DNA of 63,744 bases, filler included, from Reticulomyxa filosa (Eukaryota; Protista; Foraminifera), in assembly GCA_000512085.1 (NCBI GenBank). It is 18 parts of 18 records of this genome, joined end to end, with 100 filler letters (N's around TTAATTAATTAA, not from the genome) between each part and the next. Parts side by side here need not be neighbours in the genome. Positions count along the whole stretch, not along the records: positions 49,128 to 54,223 come from ASPP01013378.1; positions 54,324 to 55,612 come from ASPP01007444.1; positions 55,713 to 57,262 come from ASPP01005931.1; positions 57,363 to 59,694 come from ASPP01037659.1; positions 59,795 to 61,866 come from ASPP01048492.1; positions 61,967 to 63,744 come from ASPP01038640.1; 12 more parts are not named here. One strand, 5' to 3'. Each line of letters starts with the position of its first letter. Within the stretch, counting starts at the first letter, position 1. The translations under genes and the position numbers were made by a program. Shown here in pieces: positions 51,404-63,293 of the stretch. The notes beneath the pieces are model-generated. The model had not been told where the DNA came from. It saw only the letters and a list, made by a program, of their open reading frames with translations, and did no database searches.

Positions 51404-54223
51404 TTAATAGTACTCTTTGCGTGGATTACCCTATTGATTCAAGCACAAACAAACATTAGTTTTGATAATTTAACGTTTCATTTTTTTGTAAAGTTAACCA
51501 AAGGATTTGGTCTATGTCTATAAGCCAGCATCATTCGCTTTTTATAAAGTGTATATTCGTCATCTTCTGGCGAAGGATCCCAAGGTTTGTTCGCATCGGC
51601 TCTGTGTTGTGTCGATCTTTGATTGTCTGCACGTGCCCTGAACTCTACCAATGCAGAACTAGGCAAAAAGTCGCCAATGTGATGTCCAGGATGATTGACA
51701 TTTGTTTTTCTGCGATCGATGGATCTCAATTTTTCTTGATCTTTTTGATGCGAAGAATTTACATAAGCATCTATTTTCGCTAAATCGTCGCGCTGGCTAT
51801 TATTGTTGGGACGTCCAGCCAAAACTCCTTCCAATATTTGGTCTTCGTTGCCTTCTTGTTCTTCGGCATTTTCTTCACGGAATCTGGGCCGATGTTTGTC
51901 GTGTTCACTCTCTGAATCTTTATGAGATCGCTCGAGGCTTCGTTCTCGTCGGTGTCTCCTGTCACTTGGACTGGCGTTGGATCTCTACATACCAAGTTAG
52001 ATTTAAAAATCTTATTTCCTTTGAACTGACAAAGAGAGGAGATATAATTTTTTTTTTGAACTCGATGAGATCGGCCAGAGTCATTTCTCGTACTGCTGTT
52101 ACCAGATTCAGTATTGGACGAAGACGAAGCCATTTCGTTAGGCTGTCTGCTACGAAAACGACTTCGTCGTGGTATCTTCGACTTGTTGTTGTTGTTGTCA
52201 TCACTTGGAGGATCAACGGACATTGCATGAGATAATGCTGGGATGGAACTTTTATTGGGCGAATGAGAAGAGACAGGAGCAAGAACAGGGGTAATATTTG
52301 GTGAGGAAACGGTAGGTATTGTGGTCTGTGTTTCGAGCTTTGATACTTCTTGCTGTGACAATTTCATTTTTGCAAGTTTGTTTAGTAAATAGCGATAGTA
52401 TACGTATTCAATACTGGAATGGTCCATGATCCATCTAAGACCCATGAGCACATCTCCATCAATTTGTATTTGTTATTATTATTGTTATTGTTGTTGTTGT
52501 AATCATTTTACCTGAACTCGGGTTCATTTCCTTGATTGGAAATCACCTGTTCCTCCAAATTCGTCCCATGCTCACTTACAAGCTCCGCTAATCGAGTTAC
52601 TGTGTTTAATGCAAAGGGATCTGTCGGGGCCAATGGAACAACAGCATTTCCAAATTCATCTAAGTTTGTTTCAAATCAATTTTTATTTAAGAATATCTGT
52701 TAGATTCGGTTCCTCTCTCTCTTTCTCCCTTTTTTTTTTTTTTTTCATATGCCTGTATTAATTGGAGTCACATTTGGAGGATAAAAAGAAGAAGCAGCAA
52801 ACGCATTGGCACTGACAGCGGTAGTACTTGCTTCAAGCGAAACAGGAAAAGTGGTAGTAGCAGAAGAAGTGGGGATGGAAAGAGAGACAGTGGACATGGA
52901 AGACGGCAAAGTGGATGCAATTTGCATTTGTTTTTTGAAAAGCATTATTTGTTTCTGTCGCGCAATGCGATCTTTGACGGACAGCAATTGCGTTTGTTCA
53001 CGATATTTGCGCACTTGTTCATTTTGCTTCGAGACATACTCTTGTTGTGCATTCAACACCTTTGTGGACAAGTATACCTGTTTGGCCTCTTCTCTGTTTA
53101 GCACAATGGGATCTTTGCCCACCTTTTCTTTTTCCATTTTCTTTTCGAGTAATTGCTGGCGATATCCACTGTGCAGTCGAATATCAAATTTTTTTTTTAT
53201 CTGAGTCAACATGTGTTCTTTGCTATTCGTGGAACTGTCGTCATCGACGCTGTTGCCACTATCGCCACCTCTCCGATTTCTTCTGTCTCTGTCTCTTTCT
53301 CTATTTCTATCACGATCTCCTCTGTTGTAGTAATTTCTTTTCTTCTTCTTTACTCCAAAGGCGTCCCCCCCCTCTCCTTCGACATCTCCAAGATCTTCGC
53401 TTTCGTGATCTAACGCATTATTATCGGCCATCGCATCGCCGTCGTTTTCATTTTCAACTCGTTTTCCAAATCGCAACTTCTTGAAATTGTTTGTTTTGCT
53501 ATTATTATTGTTTCGATAATGCGATCTCGATCTTGATCGTGAATGTGAATGTGAATATGAACGCGAATGCGAATGTGCACGTGAACGTGAACGTGATCGT
53601 AATTTGGGCTGAGAGTTATGCTTTCGGGATTTCGAAGAAGACCGCGAACGAGAGATAGACTTTCGCTTTGCTGCGGGTGGAGACTTTGAATGTCGGCCAC
53701 TGCCACGCTGGTCTCTTTCGTGGCCGCCACTTTGGCTGTTTCTTCGGCCTAATGTGCTGCTTTCTGGTTTGCCCCCTTCGTTATCTCTATTGTTCACAGA
53801 TGTCACATACAAAATGCTGATTCGCGAAATCGAAAATTGCGCATTTCTTTTTTTTTTTTTTGGTGGGGTCAAATAAAACAAAAAAATTACTCAACGAATC
53901 AGGACGCAAAACTCTTCCAAACTCATCACATTTAATTTGTCCTATTTCCACGTAGGGGGAGGGGACAAGGGAAGATTCGATGTGGAATTTTTTTTGTGAG
54001 TTCTCCTTTCCCGTCAGGGGAGGGGCGAGAAAGGGGAAATACGACATATGTCGGCGAACAAGATGGACTAAGCATTTTTGCAAACCTGGAGATGAGATCG
54101 AGACTTTGTTCGGTCATTTCTATCTCTATCTCTGTGTCAGTACAACCATTGCAAAGCCATTTGTGTTGGAAAGTGGACACTTTGTGTTTCAAGACCTTGT
54201 CTTGTGTCTTGAATGATCCATGT
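51404..54223 (-). CDS. SUGP1: SUGP1/SF4-like splicing factor (RS-rich region, SURP domain, conserved C-terminus, no G-patch visible), multi-exon, 5' end possibly truncated
   Basis: SURP TVTRLAELVSEHGTNLEEQV...NEPEFR/WIMD..SIEYVYYRY (~52370-52610), GHHIGDFLP and EDDEYTLYKKRMMLAYRHRPNPL/GNPRKEYY*. RS repeats at ~53520-53670. Linkage of the upstream RS exons is inferred. Confidence 0.85.
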
Positions 54224-54323
54224 NNNNNNNNNNNNNNNNNNNNNNNNNNNNNNNNNNNNNNNNNNNNTTAATTAATTAANNNNNNNNNNNNNNNNNNNNN
54301 NNNNNNNNNNNNNNNNNNNNNNN

Positions 54324-55142
54324 CGCGTCGGCCTTTCCCACACTGTCTATCGGGGTTTGCGGCGGAACGGCGACGTGGATCTCGATGAACTGGGCGCGTC
54401 CCACCTTGGCGACGTAGCTGGTGTAGGTGTTGAAGCCGTGCCGCACGACCATCTCATCCATCACCTGGCGGACGCGCGCGTCGAGTTCGGGCGGCGTGAC
54501 CAGCAGGATTTCGGTCAGCGCCCGGCGCACTGTGTGAACCGGCACAAAGACGAGGATGAGCGCGAGCACCGCCAGAATAAGCGGGTCGGCATAGGGCGTG
54601 AGATGGGCGTAGCGGGTGCCCTCGAGGATCCACGCGACCGCGAACGCCAGCAGCAGCGCCGAGGTGATGGCAGCCGACATCAACCAGCTCTGCACATCGA
54701 GGCGCCGAAATCCGACCCGATCTGCCGATTGCGGTGCCGGGCGTAGAAGAACATGCCGAACGCCACGACGCCGACGGCGGCGGCATAGGCGATGGCCCAA
54801 TCGAAATTGAGCTGCCGGCCGCCGGCCAGCAGGCTGTCGATGGAATTCAGGAAGGCGTAGAAGCAGAGCAGCATCAACGTGCCGCCGTTGAAGGCCAGCA
54901 CCATGGGTTCGATATGCCAGTAGCCGAACTGGAAGCGGCGATTGTCGGCCACCCGGCTCACCAGGCGTGACACGATCAGGGCGAGGACGGACATGGCTGC
55001 GTCGATCGCCGAAAAGCGCCGTCGAACACGATCGACATCGACCCCGAAAGCAGGGCCCGAAACAGGACGCCGACCGACGCCACCCCGATGGTGACGGCGA
55101 TGGAGAGTTTCAGGAGTCTTTGTCGGCGGCCGCATTCTGCAT
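54324..55142 (-). CDS. Bacterial cation diffusion facilitator (CDF) family transporter, frameshifted, 3' truncated
   Basis: From ATG 55142: MQNAAA/QRLLKLSIAVT...SMSIVFDG.FSAIDAAM...RFQFGYWHIEPMVLAFNG...DVQSWLMSA...YADPLIL...YVAKVGRAQFIEIH. High GC, no introns, several 1-nt frameshifts. Confidence 0.88.
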
Positions 55143-55156
55143 GCCGCGAGATTAGG

Positions 55157-55612
55157 CTAAATCGCGAAGATCAGGCAGGTGGTCGTGCCATGCGCGAGCA
55201 GCTTGCCGGAGGCGTCGGTCAGGCGGCCTTCCGACGTGGCGATGCGCGAGCCGACGTTGATGACCTTGCCCTCGGCCCGCACGGGACCTGTCTTGTCGGT
55301 CATGGCGCGCACGTAGTTCACCTTGATCTCGACCGTGGTGTAGCCGCTGCCGGCCTTCAGCATCGTGTGAATGCAGCAGCCCATCACCGAGTCGAGCAGG
55401 GTGGCGGCGATGCCGCCATGGACCGTGCCCAGCGGATTGTAGTGGTCGAAGACCGGGGTGTAGCCGAAGAGGACGCGCCCGGCCTCGACTTCCAGCAGGG
55501 TGAAGCCCAGCGCCCGGGAGATCGGCGGTGCCGGATAGCGTCCCTCCAGCAGGCCCCTGAACAGATCCAGCCCGTCCAGGGTGCGCGCCTGCTCGATCGG
55601 CACCACGCCAAA
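55157..55612 (-). CDS. Bacterial PaaI-family (hotdog fold) thioesterase, 5' truncated
   Basis: HYNPLGTVHGGIAATLLDSVMGC...YTTVEIKVNYVR...KLLAHGTTTCLIF. Confidence 0.93.
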   Translation of the reverse strand, partial: FGVVPIEQARTLDGLDLFRGLLEGRYPAPPISRALGFTLLEVEAGRVLFGYTPVFDHYNPLGTVHGGIAATLLDSVMGCCIHTMLKAGSGYTTVEIKVNYVRAMTDKTGPVRAEGKVINVGSRIATSEGRLTDASGKLLAHGTTTCLIFAI

Positions 55613-55712
55613 NNNNNNNNNNNNNNNNNNNNNNNNNNNNNNNNNNNNNNNNNNNNTTAATTAATTAANNNNNNNNNNNNNNNNNNNNNNNNNNNNNNNN
55701 NNNNNNNNNNNN

Positions 55713-57076
55713 GGGGCAACCCAGCCGAGTTCTTCGTCGTACCAGCGGCATAGCGCTTCGAAGGCGACGATACGGCCGTCTGCGATGGCGGCAATCGGCT
55801 GGAACTGCAAATGCAGCGTGCGGTCCTGCAGGGCCTGTTGCAAACGGCGCGTCACTTGCTGTTTGCGGGCTCGCTGTTGTAACTGAGTTTCTTCGAAGTA
55901 CACCGAGCCGCGTCCTCCGCGCAGCTTCGCTTCGTGCAGGGCGATGTGGGCGCTGTGCAGATAAAAATGGCTGGTCTGACCGGCTTGGGCGCGGCCCCGG
56001 GCCAGGCCGATGCTCAGATGCAGGCCGTTGCCGGCCTCGGCCTGCCGACAGCCGCTTAGCAGGCTGCTCATCAGTGACTGGTCCAGCCCGCTTTGCGACA
56101 GTGCGCTAAGCCTGGCGTCGGCGACCAGCAGGGCAAAGCGGTCGCCGCCCAGACGCGCCGGATAACAGGTGCTGTGGTGTGCCCGGTGAAACGCAGCGGC
56201 AAATTCATCTAGTGTCTGGCCAAGCGTGACCAGCAACTGGTCGCAGCGCTGGCTGCCCATGCTTTCGTTCAGATAGTAAAAGTCGTCGATGTCGATAATG
56301 GCGCAGAGTATCTCGTCGCCAGTGGCCATATGCCTGGCCAGCACATCGGTAAAGCCCTGGCGGTTGAGCAGGCCGGTTAGCGGATCATGCGTGGCCAGCT
56401 GCTGCAACTGGCGGGTGCGCTCGGCGATGCGTTGTTCCAGCAGCAGGTTGCTGTTGCTTACCGTTTCGTGCGCAGCTTTCAGCTGCTGTACCAAGATGTC
56501 GTTGCGGTGGCGCAGGCGCACGGTGCCCGCCAGCAGGCGGTAGTTGTACTCATGCGCCACCATCATGCCGGCGCAGTACGCCAGCATCGAAAAAGCGAAT
56601 ACCCATTCCGCTGCTGGCGCGGTAGCAAGAAATAAGACGCCTGGCAGCAGCGTCAGGGCTATGTATAGCTTGCCTACAAGCCGAAGGCTGGCGAGCAGGG
56701 CACTGGCCCCTGCGGCAACCGAGCTGCTGATGACACAAATGGTAGGCAGTACCGCCAGGGCTGTCGGTTTTTGCCAGGCCCAGCACATCAAGGCGGGCCA
56801 GATGGCGCCGGACAGCGCCAGCAGCAATAGCAGCTGGCGTGGTGGCTGCCGGCTGTCGACGGGCGCTTGACGCAGGCGCTGGTAGGCAAGCCGGTACAGG
56901 CTCAGCAGGACGATGCTGGCCAGCCAGGCGTGCAACCATTTATCTGCCAGCGGCCACAGGTAGACGTAGCTGGCCAGGGCGGTACTCAGGCTGAGCAGGG
57001 TGCCGGGCAGAAACTGCTTGCCGGTATTGTCCAGCAACTGGGTGCGCCAGTCGTGATAGGGGTGGGAGGCAGGCAT
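55713..57076 (-). CDS. Bacterial membrane-anchored GGDEF-EAL protein (3' truncated)
   Basis: Likely start MPASHPYHDW (ATG 57076), about six TM helices, a coiled coil, ATHDPLTGLLNR, ARLGGDRF, SIG, ALHEAK, FQPI and FEALCRW. Confidence 0.92.
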
Positions 57077-57084
57077 GGTGGTGT

Positions 57085-57262
57085 TCACAGGCGGAAACTG
57101 TTGAGGCCCGATGCAGCCGTGCGGCCAACTGATGCATCTCGTCGGAAGCCATGGCGGCCTGATTGCTGGCGGTGGCGGTGTCGCTGGCACTGCTGGCAAT
57201 GCCTTCCACACTGTGGGCAATACTGTTGCTGGCCATGTGCTGCTCGCTCATGGCAGATGAAA
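57085..57262 (-). CDS. C-terminal end of a bacterial methyl-accepting chemotaxis protein
   Basis: ISSAMSEQHMASNSIAHSVEGIASSASDTATASNQAAMASDEMHQLAARL is a typical MCP terminal helix. After an apparent frameshift it ends ...NSFRL* at TGA 57085-57087. Confidence 0.75.
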
Positions 57263-57451
57263 NNNNNNNNNNNNNNNNNNNNNNNNNNNNNNNNNNNNNN
57301 NNNNNNTTAATTAATTAANNNNNNNNNNNNNNNNNNNNNNNNNNNNNNNNNNNNNNNNNNNNCAATGCAAGCGTATTAATGGATTAAGTTTAATTTTGTT
57401 TTGTTTAATTTTATAATACCAAAAAAAAAAAAAATTTATATAAAAAAAAAG

Positions 57452-57921
57452 ATGTAAGCTCTTCTATTATCAAATGGCCGACGGACACAATACTAAAAAT
57501 TGGTTGGCTGAAGATTGACAATCAAAGAGACATTGAATACTGGGATAATTTGTTATCATCACCCATAAGACATTGCGATGTACAAATTTGCGCAGTTCGA
57601 CCACGTATGGCTATATATGATTTGACATCCAGTGGCTCGATCTTTCCTCTCACTGAATCATTTCTTTTTGCCAAAGAAACAATTGCTGAAAAACGAGGAA
57701 TACAGTACAGAGATGCTGAAAAATTTTTACAAAAACAGAAGGGCATTGTTTTTGAAACTGATTTTGAAGATAATGACAGTGACAATGGCAAAGACATTCA
57801 GAGACCAACTCTTTTTTTTCAAAATATCGTCGAGGCTATGGGAATTGATAATGCCAAAATGGAAGAGTATCGAAAATGGTTTGATATTGGTGAAGCTGAT
57901 TGGATTCTCAATTTATACTGA
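57452..57921 (+). CDS. Terminal exon of a hypothetical protein
   Basis: The frame is open from an A-rich acceptor near 57451 through ORF 57550-57921. No family recognised. Confidence 0.4.
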
Positions 57922-58189
57922 TCCAGAGATGAACAAAAAAATTGCTTGTGAAACAACGTTATTGAAAAAATTAATTTTTGAAAAACGAATAATTAAATAT
58001 TGTTTTTTGGTTGGGACAAGGTAAAGTACCATTTTTTTTTTAGTTTAAAAAGAGGCACATGCATTATCTAATCCTATTTTTCATCATAACATTCAACTTG
58101 TAAGAATGCAATGTATAACTGACAATAATCTTTGAACAATCGCAAATTGAAATATTAAGATATTTTTTAAAGTTATCTCAAATATTTTA

Positions 58190-58995
58190 TTGTACGCTTT
58201 AAATATGAATTTATCTTTGAGCAAATACTATTTTTGTTCTTTCCAAAGGATCATGTTGTATCCCTTCTTTTTAAAAAACTACTTAAAAAAATTAGCAACA
58301 TTAACAACTAATCGAACTATAACACAGAAACCTCCTAAAAGACAGACTGAACAAAATCAACATCTTATTACTTCAACTTTCTTTCAAGATTTGAAGGAGT
58401 TGCCCATTCCATTTGCTGACTCTCAATGTATGCTACACAAACACGAGCTCATCATTTGTGGAGGTTATGAACAAAGAGCTTGTTATTCTTATCATGCACT
58501 CAAAAACGAATACAAGTTTATCTGTGAGTATCTAAGCGACGTTCAATTAATTGGACACTGTGTAGTAAAACCGGTAGATAACAACAATAAAAACAACAAA
58601 GATAGAAGTCAAATCACTTTGTTGTCTTTTGATGGAAGTAAATATACAAAAAGACATACATTGGTGATGAAATATGTAAGTGTTTGGAGTAATATATCAA
58701 ACAAATCAAATGAATTAAACAATTACAATGAATGGATTCCTTTCACAGACAATCACAAGCGTCAATTATCATTGGAAGAGATAATGATAATTATTTTGGA
58801 GTGCGTGTAGTGACTGGTGGGAGAAACGGTCGTTTGTTATTTATCACTTATTTTGAAAAGAATATTAGTGTGTTTGATTTAAATACATTTCAATTTATTA
58901 AATATGATGACGAATACAGTATTTTTCAATTTCATCAATTACCTATTTGTGACAATATTTCATTATCCAGTATCGTGTTCGAACTTTACAAATAA
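58190..58995 (+). pseudogene. Kelch-motif protein pseudogene of the expanded foraminiferan type
   Basis: FQDLKELPIPF..SQC.LHKHEL.ICGG...RACYSYH.LKNEYKFICEY..DV.L.GHCVVK...ITLLSF...HTLVMKYVSVW...NEWIPFTDN/IIIGR..DNY.GVR...NISVFDLNTFQFIK. Frameshift near 58760, a GG-to-DG change and a truncated 3' part. Confidence 0.8.
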
Positions 58996-61900
58996 AATTT
59001 GTATGGATCTATGATTTTGATCAAATTATTTTCAAATACATTAGAATGAAATAAAGTTAATTGATTTTTTATGAATAAGTACAATTAAATATCTATTAAT
59101 AATGTCTTTTTTGAATATTATTCGATTTTGGTTTTTTATTATAACAAAGACTGTTTTATTGACTAACGAATTACAGAAATTAAATCTGAAATTTCGGTGA
59201 AAAAATGTTGTTGTGTGACAAAGTTAAATCGCAATCAATCTTTTTCCAAATAAAATTATTATTATATAGAAGACTTAATTGAGGCAATAAGATATACTAA
59301 TTGCCATCATTAATGTGGACATTATAGTCTTGACACAAAAGAAAATGTTCCACTTATGGGCAAGTCGAATAGTAGTTGTACAACCAAACAAAAAGACTTT
59401 GAATATTGTCAAATCTTTCTCTTTATTGCTCAATAGACGCATCATCGTTCAGTGTATAAGCTACGCATTCTTTGTAAACCGTTTTATCCAATCAAAAGAC
59501 AGAACCAAGAAACGCTTTGAATAAATAAAAGATATTATACATATAAAATATCATAAAAATGTAAGCCACAAACTTTGAAGTTTTGTAGTCCTTGCGCTGT
59601 TTTGCTCTTCAACCTTGGATGTACCTTTTGCGCTGTTTTTTATTCAAAAAACACAAATTCACCAAAAAGTCCACTTTACTCTTGCTGCTTCGGCNNNNNN
59701 NNNNNNNNNNNNNNNNNNNNNNNNNNNNNNNNNNNNNNTTAATTAATTAANNNNNNNNNNNNNNNNNNNNNNNNNNNNNNNNNNNNNNNNNNNNTTTTTT
59801 TTTGTAATTACCTTGCCCATTCTCTTTGATTATGCTCATCGACCTTGATTTTGAATTACTGCTTCTCTTTCAGTATTGCTATATTTTTCCGACTGATATT
59901 GAAATGAGGAGATAGTGACATAGTTAGTTGGGTTTTTAATTGGAGGATGTGGTGGATTTGCATAAGTTGACTTCATGATATTATAATGTAGAATGCTATT
60001 TGCTTTATTATTTCAATTTATCCTTCTTCTTCTTCATTATTCTCTTTCTTCGACGTCTAAACTAGTGTATGTTCTTTAACTACACTTGCAACAAGTCAAT
60101 GACGTTCTAAAGAAATTTTATATAACTATTTATTTTACAAGACTTCCTTTGTGACAAGTTGTTAACGTAAAAACGTTCAGTTGTTAGTTATAACGAATTT
60201 TATGTTTCGACTTTCGCTTTAGGCTTCGAATTAGCTTTGTAGACAGTCTATATGTATTTATATAATAAATTAACTTCTTTTTTCTTTGATGATAGCACAC
60301 TGTGATAATTTTTGATTATTTATAATATAACATTTTTAATTTATAATTTTAGCATATTCTGTATTTGGCAAATATTCGACTGTTTTTATTTTCAATACAA
60401 TTTATTATTAGATATTTTGGGATGTAGTTGCCTTTTGATAAATTCATGTTTCTAATATGATAGTAAATCCATCAATTATTTACATGTGATTGTGTTAGAT
60501 TTTACATCAACTAGCAAATGGCTTCTTGTCGTTCAACGCTGTCAATAAAAGTCTTCCTGCTACACCAAAAAATACTCGATAATATTTAACATTCTGGTCA
60601 TTTGTGAAATAATAACACGCAATGTCATTCTATTTTCAATTTCGGCAACGTTTTGTACATTAATATTATTTCGCAATAAGTCCTGAGCAAGTCTTCCATT
60701 ATCGTTTCTCTAGTTTTCTCGAAACATTGTTTGTTCGACGTTTCTACATTTGTCGTCGATAACGTTTTTCCCTCGCCAAACTGTTGAAGATATTAATAGT
60801 TTTTTTCACATACAGCTCGATAACACATCTTTTGGAAGAATGATCATATTACATTTTATATCAAGCCTTTTCCTTTCCTCAAGGTTGTTAATTGGAAGAA
60901 AAAAAAAAATTCGATCAAAGAAAGAATGGAGCCACTTACGAGTGAAAATAATTTACAATTTGCACAAAAAAAAGTACATTACAAATACGTACAAATAGAA
61001 GTTTGGTCTATAAGCAACACTGTCTAATAGTCAATCGAATCATTTGTGCTAGAAACTTTCGATGAAAAAAAAGAAGTGAGTCTTTTTTTTTTCTTTTTTT
61101 TTTTAAGAAAGTATTTTTTCAATTGCTTGCAGCTGCCAGTCTGCAGCATTGATCAATTTATCCTTAATTATTTCGATTCGACTGTCAGCAGAACCTAATG
61201 GCTATATATAAGATGGCAAGATAAACCAAAAGACATCATCAGAGAGATGAAGCCAATTTTACTGATCACGTTACTGTAACAAAAAAAATATATAGAACAT
61301 ACATCGCCCGAAATGGATCTTTCTCCTACTGTTGTATTCGGAGTAGAGGCAATCCTTCGTGTCTGTGCAGATGTTATATTTTCTTGTGTTTGAGTCTGCT
61401 CAAGAATTTTTAGAGCTTGTATCAGTTCTTCCAATATCAAACCATTTGAATGTGGATTATTCCTTGAATCTTCAAGGACTGTATTGCTCTGTGCTCCAAA
61501 AGAGACATGCGCATTACTTACTATTGTATAAACAAAGATTTTGTTTACATACATATATATGTGCATATATTATAATAATTTCACATTAAAAGTTTTTGTT
61601 TTTCCCTCTCCTTCCTCCTTGTCCATCCTCTTATTGAATGGCATCCCTCAAAACAAATTTAGCAACTAACCATTTTCCTCTTTGGAATCATGAGTTGTTC
61701 GTTTTTTCTCTTTTCGAATTTCAGCAAGTAAGTCTCCACGGTGAAATCCTTCACAAAATCCAAAGTGATAACAAGTACAAAAAAAAAAAAAACAAGAGCC
61801 ATTATTATTCTTTCAATATATATACTTCGAATGCCTTTTTTGTTAGTTTTTGTAATGAGTACAAAANNNNNNNNNNNNNNNNNNNNNNNNNNNNNNNNNN

Positions 61901-62046
61901 NNNNNNNNNNTTAATTAATTAANNNNNNNNNNNNNNNNNNNNNNNNNNNNNNNNNNNNNNNNNNNNAAAAAAAAATAATGTCACTGAAAAAAGTTTGTTT
62001 TTGCAAAAAAAAATTAATGCAACAACAAAGAAAAAGCAAAATAAAT

Positions 62047-63293
62047 TTATTTTTGTTTTTTGGCAATTTTTTTTTCATCTGATTGGAGTGTTGAAAATTT
62101 TCTTTTTTTTGCTCTCAATTCTTTTTTTTCTTCAAATACCACTACTTCTTCTTTTTTTTCTTCACATCCCACTTCCTCTTCTTTTTTATCAACTTTTTGT
62201 CTAAGAAATTTTTTATTTGGCTCAAGATTGCTTGCGTACTTCAGAATGCGCACAATCTCGAGCATCCCATGCTCGAACGAAGAAATTTTCAATAAAGGGT
62301 AAACCTTTATGTTGAAAATATTTTTTTTTTCATTAATTTTAACAATCTCAAACCACACCATACGTGGATATGCAAGTAACATTCCAACTCTTGCTCCACT
62401 CAACACCATGTACCCAGCAATTTGAAGGACTGGATCCAACAATTTAAATTTATTATCAAATTTTTTAATTTTCATGCTTCCTTCTTCTATATATTTTTGT
62501 ACATAAAAAAAACATTTCGCAACAAACAAAAAATGTACGTTTATCAATAAGAAAATATGTACGTTGTAAAAAAAAAAAAATGTACATTGTGCAAGAAAAA
62601 AAATATTTATTAACGTCGTTCCGTAATAACCATTTTACCCCTGCTCCTCCATATTTTATAAAGATTATCATTTGTATTATTAAAAATTAACAACTTGCCG
62701 GGGGTTTTGCAATCAATAACAATGAAAGGAGTCATTAATTCTGCTTTCCGACAAGTTTTGTCATTCATTGACAAAAGCAAGTCTGGGAATGCAGAAAAAG
62801 AATCTTTTTCTTTGCTACTTGATTTCACGCTAGAAAGTGTGCAATACTGTGCAAGATAAGTCTTTCGGCGCAATATAGCTTCCAAAATAGCTTTCGCAGC
62901 TCTTAAAACATGTATATTTTTTCCTTCTTTTTCAATATTATTCACTACATTTTCCCAAAGATAGGCCAATATCGTAGGCAAAGATAGCAAATCATTGCCT
63001 TCGATTTCACAGTCATTACAGCCATCAGACTGTGTCAATTTTTTTTCATCTGCAAATATTACATTTACAGATTTTTGTGCTATTCTAGCACTTAGATTTT
63101 CATTTGCATAGCCTGCTGCATTCACTTTATACGCGATATCATTAATTTTTTCTTTAAATATAGTATTTCCATCTACTGTTTGTTTCAGTAGTTCTGCCAA
63201 TGCTATATATTTTTGTAATTTTTATGTTGTATGTTCAGTAAAAATGAAAATAGAAAGTAATACAAAACTCATAGTTGTTGCTGCTTGTGCCAT
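62047..63293 (-). CDS. Spliced PD-(D/E)XK restriction-endonuclease-fold protein, Crinkler/CR-REase-like
   Basis: FPDLLL...FIVIDCKTPG (exon ~62616-63202), then an intron, then VLQIAGYMVLSGARVGMLLAYPRMVWF. A short first exon MAQAATTM from ATG 63293 is inferred. Confidence 0.6.

Noticed and set aside
54224-57362. Horizontal transfer of a bacterial island next to SUGP1
   Set aside because: The GC-rich segments are separate contigs bounded by linkers, with no junction to host DNA. Contamination is the simpler explanation.
59795-61866. Minus-strand coding-like fragments (61195-61566 and ~60500-60900)
   Set aside because: No recognisable motif and several stops, so I could not support a specific gene call.
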